Shown here: in pieces, positions 8,822 through 18,517 of the stretch
Layout of the letters: each line of letters begins with the position of its first letter
Numbering within the stretch: position 1 is the first letter of the stretch
Source: Roseobacter sp.
GTDB taxonomy: Bacteria > Pseudomonadota > Alphaproteobacteria > Rhodobacterales > Rhodobacteraceae
Length of the DNA: 64,000 nucleotides
Reading direction: 5' to 3'
Assembly: GCF_024639605.1 (NCBI RefSeq)
Contig: NZ_JAHEHZ010000001.1
Span: 881-64,880 of the forward strand
Program-made: the position numbers and the translations under genes
The notes under the pieces: generated by a model
The model's input: the letters and a program-made list of their open reading frames with translations, nothing else
Told to the model about the DNA's origin: nothing
Databases searched by the model: none

Positions 8822-11800
8822 TCAGGCAACCATCGTTTCGGCTTTTTTCAGATCCACAGATACCAGCTGGCTCACACCCTGCTCGGCCATCGTCACACCA
8901 AAGAGCCGGTCCATCCGCGCCATCGTCACCGCGTGGTGCGTAATGATCAGGAACCTTGTATCGGTCTGACGGCACATCTCATCGAGCAGATCGCAGAAGC
9001 GCGTGACATTGGCGTCATCGAGCGGCGCGTCCACCTCGTCGAGCACGCAGATCGGCGCAGGATTGGCCAGAAACACCGCAAAGATCAGCGCCATAGCCGT
9101 AAGCGTCTGCTCACCGCCCGACAGAAGGCTCAGCGTACTGAGTTTCTTGCCCGGCGGCTGGCACATGATTTCGAGGCCGGCTTCCAGCGGATCATCGCTT
9201 TCGACCATCACCAGATTGGCCTCGCCGCCACCGAAAAGGTGTTTGAAGAGCATCGCGAAATTCGTGTTCACCTGCTCAAACGCTGTCAGCAGACGCTCGC
9301 GTCCTTCACGGTTGAGCCCGGCGATGCCGCTGCGCAGTGCCCGGATAGCCTCTTCAAGATCGGCCTTTTCGCCGGTGAGCGTGTCGTGCTCGGCCTGGAC
9401 TTCTTTTGCGTCCTCTTCGGCCCGCAGGTTGACCGCGCCCAGGGCATCCCGCTGGCGTTTCAGCCGGTTCACATCTGCGTCGAGCGCGTGCACATCCGGC
9501 ATGTTTTCAGGTGTCACATCAAGCTGCCCCAGAAGCTGCGCGGGTGTGACCTGCGCTTCATCTGCAATCCGTTCTGCGGCCACGGCGACAGTCTCGCGGG
9601 CGGCTTCACTGCGGGCTTCGGCACCGGCACGGGCCTCGCGCGCCTCAGAGGCGATGCGCCCGGCCTCACGCTCGACACGGGTCGCCTCGCGCAGCGACGC
9701 TTCACCTTTTGACAGCGCATCCGCACTTTCTGCTTTGCGCACTTCTGCGGTCGCAATGGCCGCGCTCAGTTCTTCGCGTTGCGTGGCCAGAGCGGCAGGT
9801 GCGGCCCCGGCTTCTTCAAGCTCTGCTTCGGCACCTGCCTTGCGCTCTGCCAGCTCCGCCGTGCGTTTCTCCGCCGTCTCAAGCCTGTGACGCCAGCCGC
9901 TGATTTCTTTTGTGACCTCCTGTGATCGACGCGTACGTGCCTCACCTTCACGGCGCAACTCGTCATGAGCCGACCGGCGCGACATCATTGTGATGCGGGC
10001 GGCCTCTACGGCGATCCGTACAGCCTCCACCGCCTCGCGCGCCTCGGTCAGATCGCCCAGCTCCTCCAGCGCGCGTTCGGCTTCTTTCAGACGTGTGCGA
10101 GCGGCCATCGCCTCTTCTTCGTGGCGCGCCACAGCGAGGCCCAGCGATTCCAGTTTACCTTCTGCAAGGTTCCGGTCAGCTTCTGCGCGGCTCAGCGCCC
10201 GGCCTGCCTCGGCCACAAGCCGGTCGGCGTCACGCCGCGCCTGGCGCGCCATCTGATCGGCGCGTGTGAGATCTGCCAGCCGGGCGGTCAGACGGTCGTG
10301 TGCGCCCTTTGCGCCCTCGGCCTTTTGCGTCGCTGTCTCAAGCCCCTGTTTGAGCTCCTCAAGCCGGTTAAGCTGCTGCAGGCGCAGTGCTGCTGCCGAT
10401 GGTGCATCCTCTGCCCAGGCCCGGAACCCGTCCCAGCGCCACAGATCGCCCTCCACCGACACCAGCCGCTGACCGGGTGCCAGATCGCGCTGCAGGCGTG
10501 GCCCGTCATCGGCATCCACGAGACCGATCTGGGAAATCCGCCGCGCCAGGACGCCCGGCACCGTAACAAAAAGGGAAAGCGGCTGCGTGCCCGCAGGCAA
10601 AGCCTGATGCGCGTCATAAGCGGGCAGCACAGCCCAGCCCGAGGGGCCGTCATCGGCCACCTCTGGCGCGCGCAGATCATCCGCCAGGGCCGCCCCAAGC
10701 GCTTTTTCATAGCCCGGTCTGACATGGACATGATCAAGCACCTGCCCGCCCTCGGCTGTATCCCGGGCCACCAGTTTGGCCAGTGCACCGGCTTCTGCGC
10801 GCAGAGCATTGGCTTCTCCCTCGGCCTCCGAGCGGAGCGCCCGGGCGTCTGCCTCACGGGCCTGCGTTTCAGCGCGCGCGTCTTCGGCCTCCTGCAGGGC
10901 ACTGTCGGCATCCGCGGCGGTTTTAACCGCCTGCTCTTCTGCGGCTCTGGCGGTGGCGTAATCACTGCCGGCTTTCTCCAGCGCGGCCTGGCTCACCGCA
11001 ACCGCTTCGCGTGCGCGGGCTGCTTCGCCCCCGGCGCGGCTTTCGGTTTTGCGGCTGTCTTCCAGCAGGCGCTGCGCAGACTGATGGCGGGCCGCCAGCC
11101 GCGCCATATCTTCTGTCTGCTGGGACATCTCGCTCTCGCGGGTCTGCAGCACCGCAGCCGCCTCACTGGCCACGCCGGCAGCCCCGGTCAGCTTGTCCTC
11201 ATGGCCGAGGGCGGCCTTCTCCAGCTCCCGCGCTTCCCATTCCAGCCGCTCGATGGTTTCGCCCGCGTCCTTATTCAACCCGCCCTCGCGCTCGATATCC
11301 CGGGTCAGCTGGGCAATCCGCCCGGTCAGCGTTTCGATCAGCTGTTCGGCGCGTGCCTCCTGATCACTCAGCGTGTCGCGCTGCACGGCAAGACGCTGCA
11401 GCACGGCGGCGGCAATCGCCTCTTCCTCGCGCAGCGGGGGCAGAGCCGCTTCGGCCGCCTCGCGGGCTTTGGCGGCCTGTTGAACGGCGCTTTCGGCCTG
11501 TGCGGCTTCGGTTACTTTCACCCGCAGTGCGTCTTCCGCACGGCTACGGGCTTCGTCGGCCTCGCGCCAGCGGCGATAGAGCAGCATCCCCTCGCTGCGG
11601 CGCAGCTCATTGCCGATTTCGCGGTAGCGCGCGGCCTGACGTGCCTGACGGGCCAGTTGCGCCAGTTGTGCCGCCAGCTGCTCGATCACATCATCCACGC
11701 GCGCGAGATTGGTCTCGGCACCCTTCAGTTTCAGCTCGGCTTCATGCCGACGCTGGTACAGGCCACTGATGCCGGCGGCTTCCTCGAGGATCCTGCGACG

Positions 11801-12277
11801 GCTCTTTGGCCTGGCGTTGATCAGCTCTGCAATCTGGCCCTGGCGCACCAGCGCGGGGCTGTGCGCACCCGTCGAGGCATCCGCGAAAAGCATCTGTACG
11901 TCGCGCGCCCGAACGTCCTTAACGCCGACCTTATAGGCGCTGCCTACATCGCGGGTGATGCGTCGTACGATCTCCAGCGTGTCGTTGTCATTAAACCCTG
12001 CCGGCGCCAGACGCTCGGAATTGTCGATATGCAGCGCCACTTCGGCAAAATTACGCGCCGGACGCGTCGCCGCCCCGGCAAAGATCACATCCTCCATGCC
12101 GCCGCCGCGCATCGCAGTGGGGCGGTTTTCCCCCATCACCCAGCGCAACGCCTCCAGCAAATTGGATTTCCCGCATCCATTAGGACCTACAACGCCGGTC
12201 AGCCCATCCGCGATGATCAGATCGGTCGGATCGACGAAGCTTTTGAAGCCGGTCAGTCTGAGTTTCGAAAAGCGCAA
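8822..12277 (-). CDS. smc: Chromosome segregation protein SMC (~1151 aa, TTG start)
   Basis: LRLTGFKSF, Walker A GPNGCGKSN, coiled coils, hinge, LSGGE signature, LDEVDAPLD Walker B. Confidence 0.98.
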   Translation of the reverse strand: MRFSKLRLTGFKSFVDPTDLIIADGLTGVVGPNGCGKSNLLEALRWVMGENRPTAMRGGGMEDVIFAGAATRPARNFAEVALHIDNSERLAPAGFNDNDTLEIVRRITRDVGSAYKVGVKDVRARDVQMLFADASTGAHSPALVRQGQIAELINARPKSRRRILEEAAGISGLYQRRHEAELKLKGAETNLARVDDVIEQLAAQLAQLARQARQAARYREIGNELRRSEGMLLYRRWREADEARSRAEDALRVKVTEAAQAESAVQQAAKAREAAEAALPPLREEEAIAAAVLQRLAVQRDTLSDQEARAEQLIETLTGRIAQLTRDIEREGGLNKDAGETIERLEWEARELEKAALGHEDKLTGAAGVASEAAAVLQTRESEMSQQTEDMARLAARHQSAQRLLEDSRKTESRAGGEAARAREAVAVSQAALEKAGSDYATARAAEEQAVKTAADADSALQEAEDARAETQAREADARALRSEAEGEANALRAEAGALAKLVARDTAEGGQVLDHVHVRPGYEKALGAALADDLRAPEVADDGPSGWAVLPAYDAHQALPAGTQPLSLFVTVPGVLARRISQIGLVDADDGPRLQRDLAPGQRLVSVEGDLWRWDGFRAWAEDAPSAAALRLQQLNRLEELKQGLETATQKAEGAKGAHDRLTARLADLTRADQMARQARRDADRLVAEAGRALSRAEADRNLAEGKLESLGLAVARHEEEAMAARTRLKEAERALEELGDLTEAREAVEAVRIAVEAARITMMSRRSAHDELRREGEARTRRSQEVTKEISGWRHRLETAEKRTAELAERKAGAEAELEEAGAAPAALATQREELSAAIATAEVRKAESADALSKGEASLREATRVEREAGRIASEAREARAGAEARSEAARETVAVAAERIADEAQVTPAQLLGQLDVTPENMPDVHALDADVNRLKRQRDALGAVNLRAEEDAKEVQAEHDTLTGEKADLEEAIRALRSGIAGLNREGRERLLTAFEQVNTNFAMLFKHLFGGGEANLVMVESDDPLEAGLEIMCQPPGKKLSTLSLLSGGEQTLTAMALIFAVFLANPAPICVLDEVDAPLDDANVTRFCDLLDEMCRQTDTRFLIITHHAVTMARMDRLFGVTMAEQGVSQLVSVDLKKAETMVA

Positions 12278-12377
12278 GGCGGGCCCAGTCGTGTGATTCC
12301 GTTTCTGCCCTGCAGCCTGGCGTCCGGAAGGGACGCAAGTCAACCTAAAGCCACCACTGGCTGCGGCTCCCAGACAC

Positions 12378-12386
12378 TTATCCACA
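12378..12386 (+). promoter_or_regulatory. Consensus DnaA box
   Basis: TTATCCACA about 100 bp upstream of smc; weaker TGTGGATCT at 12469-12477. Confidence 0.55.
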
Positions 12387-12481
12387 ACATATTGAGACAA
12401 TCCCGGCAAAACTTTGCCAGTTGATTGACAATCCCGGCCGCAAACGGTCGGATGGCACGGTATTTTTCTGTGGATCTGCGG

Positions 12482-13093
12482 ATGCGCTTTTCGGCCCTGA
12501 TTTTCTTTGCGATGACGGCGACGCCTGCTCTTGCCTTTGCGGCCGCTACTGGCGTGCCTGCTGAAACCTTTGGCTACGGATTCATGAAAGGGCTTGCCCA
12601 TCCTGTCGCCGGCTTTGAGCATCTGCTCTTTGTGCTCGCTGTGGGGGCGGCAGCGGCGCTCGCCGGCCAGGCTTTGCCGGGAATTCTCAGCTGGGTTGCA
12701 GGGATGACCGCCGCGTCACTGGTCATCCTGCAGAGCGGCGAACTGCCCGTTCAGGAGGTTCTTGGCGGCGGCGCCCTTGTCCTCATCGGCGGGCTCATTG
12801 CTTCAGGGCGACGGCCCTCTGTACCGCGTCTGGCGATCGTTTTCTTTCTGGGCGGGGTGCTGCAGGGCGCCGTCTTCAGCGCGGGCATTCTCGGGCCACT
12901 GACTGCACCGGGGCCTGCCGGGCTTGCCGGATATCTCGCGGGCTTTGCTGCGACCCAGACCCTGATCGCCTGTACGGCCGCACTGCTGGCCGCGGGCGTG
13001 CGGCCGCTCTCGGTGCGCCTGGCCAGTGCCGCTATGCTAAGCGCCGGTGTGCTGCTGTGCTTTGAAATGGCCGAGGCGGCTCTGGCCGGCTGA
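12482..13093 (+). CDS. HupE/UreJ-family membrane protein (Ni/Co permease family)
   Basis: Signal-like N-terminus, GLAHPVAGFEHLLFVLAVG motif, multiple TM helices. Confidence 0.8.
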   Translation: MRFSALIFFAMTATPALAFAAATGVPAETFGYGFMKGLAHPVAGFEHLLFVLAVGAAAALAGQALPGILSWVAGMTAASLVILQSGELPVQEVLGGGALVLIGGLIASGRRPSVPRLAIVFFLGGVLQGAVFSAGILGPLTAPGPAGLAGYLAGFAATQTLIACTAALLAAGVRPLSVRLASAAMLSAGVLLCFEMAEAALAG

Positions 13094-13128
13094 GCCCTGT
13101 CACAAAATGAATTGCTGCGCGTCTGATC

Positions 13129-13147
13129 TGGTCATATAATTTGACCA
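13129..13147. promoter_or_regulatory. FadR-family operator palindrome
   Basis: TGGTCA-TATAATT-TGACCA 13 bp before the regulator ATG. Confidence 0.75.
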
Positions 13148-13160
13148 ATCAGGAGTATTC

Positions 13161-13931
13161 ATGCCTTTCCGACCCGTCCAGTCAGAGAAACTATCGACCG
13201 CCGTGGTGCGCCAGATCGAAGAGCTGATCCTGCGCGGCATCCTGAGGCCTGGTGAGCGCCTGCCGTCTGAGCGCGAGCTTGCAGAACGCCTGCAGGTCTC
13301 CCGGCCCAGCCTGCGCGATGCCATCGGCGCCCTGCAGGACCAGGGTCTGCTCAGCACGAGGGCCGGTGCCGGTGTCTATGTGGCCGAGGTGCTGGGCTCC
13401 GCCTTCGCGCCCGCGCTGGTGGAGCTTTTCGCGCGCCATGACGAGGCGGTATTTGATTACATCTCCTTCCGGCGCGACATGGAGGGACTGGCCGCTGAAC
13501 GCGCAGCCCGGCTGGCGTCCGCGACTGACCTGGAGGTCGTGCAGACCGTCTTTGATAAGATGGAAGCCGCCCACAGCAGGCGCAGCGCCGAGGACGAGGC
13601 ACGCCTCGATGCCCAGTTCCACATGGCGATTATCGAGGCCAGCCATAACGTGGTCATGCTGCATATGATGCGTTCGATGTATGACCTGCTGCGCGGCGGC
13701 GTCTTTTATAACCGCCAGATGATGTTCCGCCAGAAATCGACGCGCTCCGAGCTGCTCGACCAGCACCGCGCGATCAATGATGCTCTGCAGACACGCGACC
13801 CGCAAGGCGCGCGCGCCGCTGTCGAGAGCCATCTGAATTATGTGGAAAGCGCGCTGCGCGATCAGGCCCGCACCGTGCGCAATGAAGAAGTCGCCCGCCA
13901 GCGGCTGGATCACGAAACTGCACAGACCTGA
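13161..13931 (+). CDS. GntR/FadR-family regulator (GlcC/LldR/PdhR-like)
   Basis: PGERLPSERELAERLQVSRPSLRDA wHTH plus FCD domain (FH..I..ASHN). Confidence 0.93.
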   Translation: MPFRPVQSEKLSTAVVRQIEELILRGILRPGERLPSERELAERLQVSRPSLRDAIGALQDQGLLSTRAGAGVYVAEVLGSAFAPALVELFARHDEAVFDYISFRRDMEGLAAERAARLASATDLEVVQTVFDKMEAAHSRRSAEDEARLDAQFHMAIIEASHNVVMLHMMRSMYDLLRGGVFYNRQMMFRQKSTRSELLDQHRAINDALQTRDPQGARAAVESHLNYVESALRDQARTVRNEEVARQRLDHETAQT

Positions 13932-13943
13932 GTAACTCAGCGC

Positions 13944-13979
13944 AAAGAAAAGCCCCGGTCACAATGCTGTGCCGGGGCT
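13944..13979 (-). terminator. Rho-independent terminator of the F0 operon
   Basis: AGCCCCGG...CCGGGGCT stem preceded by an A-tract (U-tract on minus). Confidence 0.75.
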
Positions 13980-14016
13980 GATTAATTGCGCGGGATGCCC
14001 CGCAATCTGTGCTGGA

Positions 14017-14586
14017 TCAGTGCAGTTTTTTCTCGACCTGGCCTATGGCGTCATCGATCAGAGCGTTGGCATCTGACGCTGACAGCTGTTTGGCAATCAC
14101 TTCGCGGGCTGCGGCGATCGCAATGGTCACCGACTGGTCGCGAACGTCTTTGATTGCGGCGGCCTGAGCGTTGGCGATCTGCTCTTCTGCGGCTGTCATG
14201 CGGCGCTGCAGCGACACTTCGAGATCAGCGCGGGCCTGCTCGGCGGCGAGCTTTGCGTCTTCTCTCGCAGAGGCTACGATGCGGTCCGCCTGATCCTGAA
14301 CCTCCCGCTGCTTGCGCTCATAGCTGGCCAGAAGGGCCTGGGCTTCGTCACGAAGCGCACGCGCCTCATCAAGCTCAGACTGAATGCCCTCGGCACGCTT
14401 GTCGAGCATACCCATCAGCAGCGTCGGCACCTTGTAATATACAAGGATCGCGATGAAGAGCAGGAAGGCCAGCAGCACCACAAAGTCGGTGTTTGCAAGC
14501 GAGAAGAACACATCCCCCGCAGCAAAGGCCGGATTGGCAACCGCGAGGGCCGCGCCGAATGTCGTCAGGCTGGTCAGAAAACGCAT
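14017..14586 (-). CDS. atpF: ATP synthase F0 subunit b
   Basis: TM helix then [19 protein letters not shown] coiled coil; operon context. Confidence 0.95.
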   Translation of the reverse strand: MRFLTSLTTFGAALAVANPAFAAGDVFFSLANTDFVVLLAFLLFIAILVYYKVPTLLMGMLDKRAEGIQSELDEARALRDEAQALLASYERKQREVQDQADRIVASAREDAKLAAEQARADLEVSLQRRMTAAEEQIANAQAAAIKDVRDQSVTIAIAAAREVIAKQLSASDANALIDDAIGQVEKKLH

Positions 14587-14590
14587 GATT

Positions 14591-15127
14591 TTATCCTTTC
14601 AGCCGGCTGTCCACGGCAGAGGTGATGGCCTGATCGTCAGCCTTGCCCCCCAGCGCAGTAACCAGTTCCCTGGCCGTGTCCGCCGCAACGACTTTGACCG
14701 CATCGAGCGCACCGGCGCGGATCTCTGCGATGGCCTGTTCAGACCCGGCGCTTTTCGCCGCAATCTCTTCGTCGGCTTTTGCGATCGCCGCGTCCAGATC
14801 CGCCTGAATTTCTGCTTTGGTTTCGGCCACGATGCGCTGTGCTTCGGCACGGGCATCCGCGAGCGCCTTGTCATAGGCGGCCTCGGCCTCCTGCGCTTTG
14901 ACCTTCAGGTCTTCGGCAGCAGCAATATCGTTGGTAATGGTGCCCTGACGTTCTGAAAGGACAGACGCGATGCGCGGCAGCGCCACGCGCGACAGAACGA
15001 AATAGATCGCCAGCAACGCGAGGATCAGCCAGAAAATCTGGTTTCCCCATGTGGAGAAATCGAGTTGCGGCATGCCCGGAGCCGTCCCGGTTGTTCCCGC
15101 AGTTTCTGTTGCGACTTCTGTTGCCAT
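14591..15127 (-). CDS. atpF2: ATP synthase F0 subunit b'
   Basis: [17 protein letters not shown] motif; GGAGG before ATG 15127. Confidence 0.93.
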   Translation of the reverse strand: MATEVATETAGTTGTAPGMPQLDFSTWGNQIFWLILALLAIYFVLSRVALPRIASVLSERQGTITNDIAAAEDLKVKAQEAEAAYDKALADARAEAQRIVAETKAEIQADLDAAIAKADEEIAAKSAGSEQAIAEIRAGALDAVKVVAADTARELVTALGGKADDQAITSAVDSRLKG

Positions 15128-15213
15128 GTCGGCCTCCAAATCGTCAGTCAGCAGCCGGGCCGCGCAGGAAATCCCGCGCCGCCCGGTCGGTAAGGAGTGT
15201 CGTCGTCGTTATA

Positions 15214-15438
15214 TCAGACGGCGAACATCAGCAGCAGGGCGACGAGGAACGCGAAGATCCCGAGCGCTTCTGCAAAAGCGATACCGATGAAAAGTGTTGC
15301 TGTCTGGGATGCGGCCGCCGAGGGGTTGCGCAGAGCGCCTGCGAGGTAGTTGCCTGCAACGTTACCAACACCGATGGCTGCTGCCCCGGAACCGATTGCT
15401 GCCAGACCTGCGCCGATGTGTGCGAGTTCGCCTTCCAT
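15214..15438 (-). CDS. atpE: ATP synthase F0 subunit c
   Basis: GxGxG helix, ALRNP loop, FAEALGIF with H+-binding Glu. Confidence 0.98.
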   Translation of the reverse strand: MEGELAHIGAGLAAIGSGAAAIGVGNVAGNYLAGALRNPSAAASQTATLFIGIAFAEALGIFAFLVALLLMFAV

Positions 15439-15493
15439 GTGAATTCTCCTTACGATTGGAAGTTGAGTAGTTGAACGGTCGTTTCCGTTCGGA

Positions 15494-16240
15494 TCAGTGA
15501 TGCGGGTGAAGCGCGTCCTTCAGGTAGACGCACGTCAGAATGGTGAAAACGTAGGCCTGGATGAAGGACACCAGCACCTCAAGGCCGTACATCGCAGTAA
15601 TCGCCAGCACGGAGACCGGGCTTACCAGCGTGATAACGGCAAAGCCTGCGAACACCTTAATCACCGCGTGGCCGGCCATGACGTTACCGGCAAGACGAAT
15701 AGAGTGGCTGACGGGCCGTACAAAGTAGGAAATCAGCTCGATGATCGCGAGGATCGGCCGCAGTGCAAGCGGAGCAGAGGCCACCCAGAAGAGGCTCAGA
15801 AAGCCCGCGCCGTTTTTGACGAAACCGAGGATCGTCACGGTCAGGAACACAGCCAGCGCCAGTACTACCGTGACGGCGAAATGCGATGTCGGCGTAAAGG
15901 CAGTGGGGATCAGGCCCAGAAAGTTCGCACAGACGATGAACAGGAACAGCGTCATGATGTAGGGGAAATACTTCAGCCCCTCCTTGCCGCAGATGTCCTC
16001 GACCATCTTGTAGATGAAGCCATAGGCCAGTTCCGCGACTGACTGGCTGCGCGATGGCACCACCGTGCGGCGCGCGCTGCCGACGACCATCAGCAGGATT
16101 ACCGCGATGACCGCAAAACCCATCCAGAGTGCCGCGTTCGTGGGCGTGTACCAGGAGATGTCGCCGCCGAACAGAGGCTTGATGATGAACTGGTCCATCG
16201 GGTGGAATACCAGGCCGCCTTCTTCCGCTTTTTCCGCCAT
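15494..16240 (-). CDS. atpB: ATP synthase F0 subunit a
   Basis: [17 protein letters not shown] and FIQAYVF motifs. Confidence 0.98.
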   Translation of the reverse strand: MAEKAEEGGLVFHPMDQFIIKPLFGGDISWYTPTNAALWMGFAVIAVILLMVVGSARRTVVPSRSQSVAELAYGFIYKMVEDICGKEGLKYFPYIMTLFLFIVCANFLGLIPTAFTPTSHFAVTVVLALAVFLTVTILGFVKNGAGFLSLFWVASAPLALRPILAIIELISYFVRPVSHSIRLAGNVMAGHAVIKVFAGFAVITLVSPVSVLAITAMYGLEVLVSFIQAYVFTILTCVYLKDALHPHH

Positions 16241-16242
16241 TC

Positions 16243-16575
16243 TCAGGCTCCCTCGTCTTTCTCACCGGCCTCTTCGGCCATTTTCTTCTCCTGGATCTCT
16301 CTGGCGGATCGGAGCATCGTCTTCACTCCGGCCGCGAGGCCCAGCATCACAAACACGACCATGAACAGGGGCAGTGTGCCGAAGAGCACGTCAAGCCCGT
16401 ATCCGATGCCGAAACCGATCCCGAGACCGGCCACCAGTTCGATCACCATCCGCCAGGCGAGCTGTGCCTGAGAGTAGTGTTCATCCGCCCGGGGCTTTGG
16501 CGCCTGCGCCGTTTTCGCGGCGTTGATCCGGGCCTCAAGCTGCTCCATCTGCTGCTTCCGATCCGGGTCTGTCAT
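16243..16575 (-). CDS. atpI: ATP synthase protein I (AtpI/AtpZ)
   Basis: [23 protein letters not shown] motif; first gene of the F0 operon. Confidence 0.9.
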   Translation of the reverse strand: MTDPDRKQQMEQLEARINAAKTAQAPKPRADEHYSQAQLAWRMVIELVAGLGIGFGIGYGLDVLFGTLPLFMVVFVMLGLAAGVKTMLRSAREIQEKKMAEEAGEKDEGA

Positions 16576-16606
16576 GCGTCCGTTACCCCCTGCTGGAGTT
16601 GTGTCT

Positions 16607-16635
16607 GTGCTATTGCGCCCGCGCGGGCGAGTCAA
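16607..16635 (-). promoter_or_regulatory. Sigma70-type promoter of atpIBEF'F
   Basis: TTGACT-N17-TAGCAC on the minus strand. Confidence 0.7.
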
Positions 16636-16778
16636 CCGGCTCCGGCAGGGCCTCCTCTTATCTTCAACGTATTGCTTTTAAACGTATTTCAGTATCTCTG
16701 CTGTCGCCCGGCGCGATCATGTCGCAGCTACACACCCGCCACTGAGCGGTTTTTGATTATTCAACCATCCGGTTGATT

Positions 16779-17678
16779 TTACGCTCCAGGCTCTGCGGGA
16801 CGGAAGGCGCGCGTCACCTCCAGAAGCCAGCCGCGCAGGACACGTACTGCGGTGCGACGCTGGCTTCGACTGCCGGACACCAGATAGAATGCCCCGTCGT
16901 GGATGCCGGTGTCAAAGCAGCGCACAAGCCGCCCGGTGGCAATGTCGTGAGAGGCGCATTCGGTTGATCCCAGATAGACTCCGAGCCCGTTCAGCGCCGC
17001 CTCATAGGCCAGCGGCGATTTAAGCCGCCAGGCGTTTTCGGGAAGATGCACATCCCTCACCCCTGCCGCAGCAAACCAGTCGTTCCAGATATTGTTGGAC
17101 CGGTCGCGCAGCAGCGGCAGGCTGAGCAGATCACGCGGTTCCCGGATGTTTTCCCGTGCAATAAGTTCCGGCGCGGCATGGGGATAAATTGCCGCCGCAC
17201 TCAGCAGATCTGCCGGTTCATCCAGCCGCCCCGTGTGGGCAAAGCGAATGGCGATATCCGCCTCATAGCGTTCGACATCTGCCAGCATCGGTGAAGCCTC
17301 CAGCCGGACGACGATCTGCGGGTAGGCCGCCTGAAAGCTGCGCAGCCGAGGCATGATGAAGCGCTCGGCAAAGAGCGGCTCGCTGTTGACGGTGACCTGC
17401 CCGCCTGGCACATCAGCAAGTTCCTCGGTTGCGCGGGCAATCATGTCGAGGGCCGGCAGCACCTGTTCGAGATAGGTCTGCCCGGCGGCGGTCAGTTCCA
17501 CACCGCGCGGCAGATCGCGGAACAGCTGCACCCCCAGACGCGCTTCAAGTCCCCGAACATGACGGCTGACTGCCGAGTGGCTCACGCCAAGCTCGCCGGC
17601 GGCGCGGCTGAAGCTCTGATGGCGGCCTGCGGCATCGAAGGCGCGCAGCGCATTAAGGGGAGGCAGATTACGCGACAT
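16779..17678 (-). CDS. LysR-family regulator (GcvA-like)
   Basis: LPPLNALRAFDAAGRHQSFSRAAGELGVSHSAVSRHVRGLE HTH. Confidence 0.93.
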   Translation of the reverse strand: MSRNLPPLNALRAFDAAGRHQSFSRAAGELGVSHSAVSRHVRGLEARLGVQLFRDLPRGVELTAAGQTYLEQVLPALDMIARATEELADVPGGQVTVNSEPLFAERFIMPRLRSFQAAYPQIVVRLEASPMLADVERYEADIAIRFAHTGRLDEPADLLSAAAIYPHAAPELIARENIREPRDLLSLPLLRDRSNNIWNDWFAAAGVRDVHLPENAWRLKSPLAYEAALNGLGVYLGSTECASHDIATGRLVRCFDTGIHDGAFYLVSGSRSQRRTAVRVLRGWLLEVTRAFRPAEPGA

Positions 17679-17782
17679 GAGAATACGTGACTTTTCCGCA
17701 CACTTAATGTCAAGCATTGGCGTTTGATTGATAACGTCACAGCGGTCAGAATGATGCACAACCCCATCTTAAAAGGTGTGAA

Positions 17783-18013
17783 ATGGCCGATATTCAGACG
17801 AACGTGCTTCGGCGCGCAGGAGAGATGCGTGCTAAAATCCGGCATATGCTTTCGAATGCAAGCTTTGCTTTTGACTTCTTAAGGCGGGATATGCGCCGGG
17901 ACCTGCCCGATCTCGATGACCGCATGGCGCGGGACGCAGGCATTGACCGGGCGGATCTTGAGTGGCGCCGGCTGAAGCTTCCGTCACAGCACAGCCACCA
18001 CCCGCGCGGATGA
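17783..18013 (+). CDS. Small basic protein, DUF1127-like (76 aa)
   Basis: Arg-rich segment then LDDRMARDAGI (cf. LDDxLLxDIGL); AAGG RBS; divergent from LysR. Confidence 0.6.
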   Translation: MADIQTNVLRRAGEMRAKIRHMLSNASFAFDFLRRDMRRDLPDLDDRMARDAGIDRADLEWRRLKLPSQHSHHPRG

Positions 18014-18054
18014 AGGGCTTTGCGATCGCCCCCGCGACCGGTATGACGGAGGCT

Positions 18055-18405
18055 ATGACACGCAATCTCGATCAGGTCTTTGCAGCGCTCGCCGACCCGA
18101 CCCGTCGGGAAATTCTGAATATGTTGCTGGAAGACGATATGGCCGTCACCGATGTGGCGGAGCCGTTCACGATGTCGCTGGCGGCGATCTCAAAACATCT
18201 CGGAGTGCTGACAACCGCAGGACTTATCTCGCAGGATAAGCGTGGCAGGGTCAAATGGTGCAGGCTTGAGCCGGACGCCCTGCGCTCTGCGTCCGTCTGG
18301 ATGCAGAGCTTTGGCCAGTTCGAACCGGTTAATCTGGAAGCGTTTGAGAGGTTCCTCGCCGCCGAGCTGCCCGGGGCGCCCGGCAGCGGGACTCAAACTG
18401 ACTAA
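18055..18405 (+). CDS. ArsR/SmtB-family regulator
   Basis: FAALADPTRREIL...ISKHLGVL..AGLI motif; GGAGG RBS. Confidence 0.92.
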   Translation: MTRNLDQVFAALADPTRREILNMLLEDDMAVTDVAEPFTMSLAAISKHLGVLTTAGLISQDKRGRVKWCRLEPDALRSASVWMQSFGQFEPVNLEAFERFLAAELPGAPGSGTQTD

Positions 18406-18411
18406 ATTTCT

Positions 18412-18486
18412 TTAAACAAGGCCGACCAGACTCAGGACGGCCAGGACGACCACGATAAGTCCGATGATATAAATTACGTTGCGCAT
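18412..18486 (-). CDS. 24-aa single-TM small protein MRNVIYIIGLIVVVLAVLSLVGLV
   Basis: Hand-translated; AAGGAG 7 nt before ATG; entirely one hydrophobic helix. Confidence 0.75.
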   Translation of the reverse strand: MRNVIYIIGLIVVVLAVLSLVGLV

Positions 18487-18517
18487 TTGAGTACTCCTTA
18501 ATTCATCTTGCGAAAAG

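Noticed and set aside
8822-12622. 1266-aa smc as given by the ORF track, and similar long N-terminal extensions for ffh, boxA, boxB, hemE, trmD and mltB
   Set aside because: Extensions run through intergenic or promoter DNA; family N-termini and RBS support the shorter starts used
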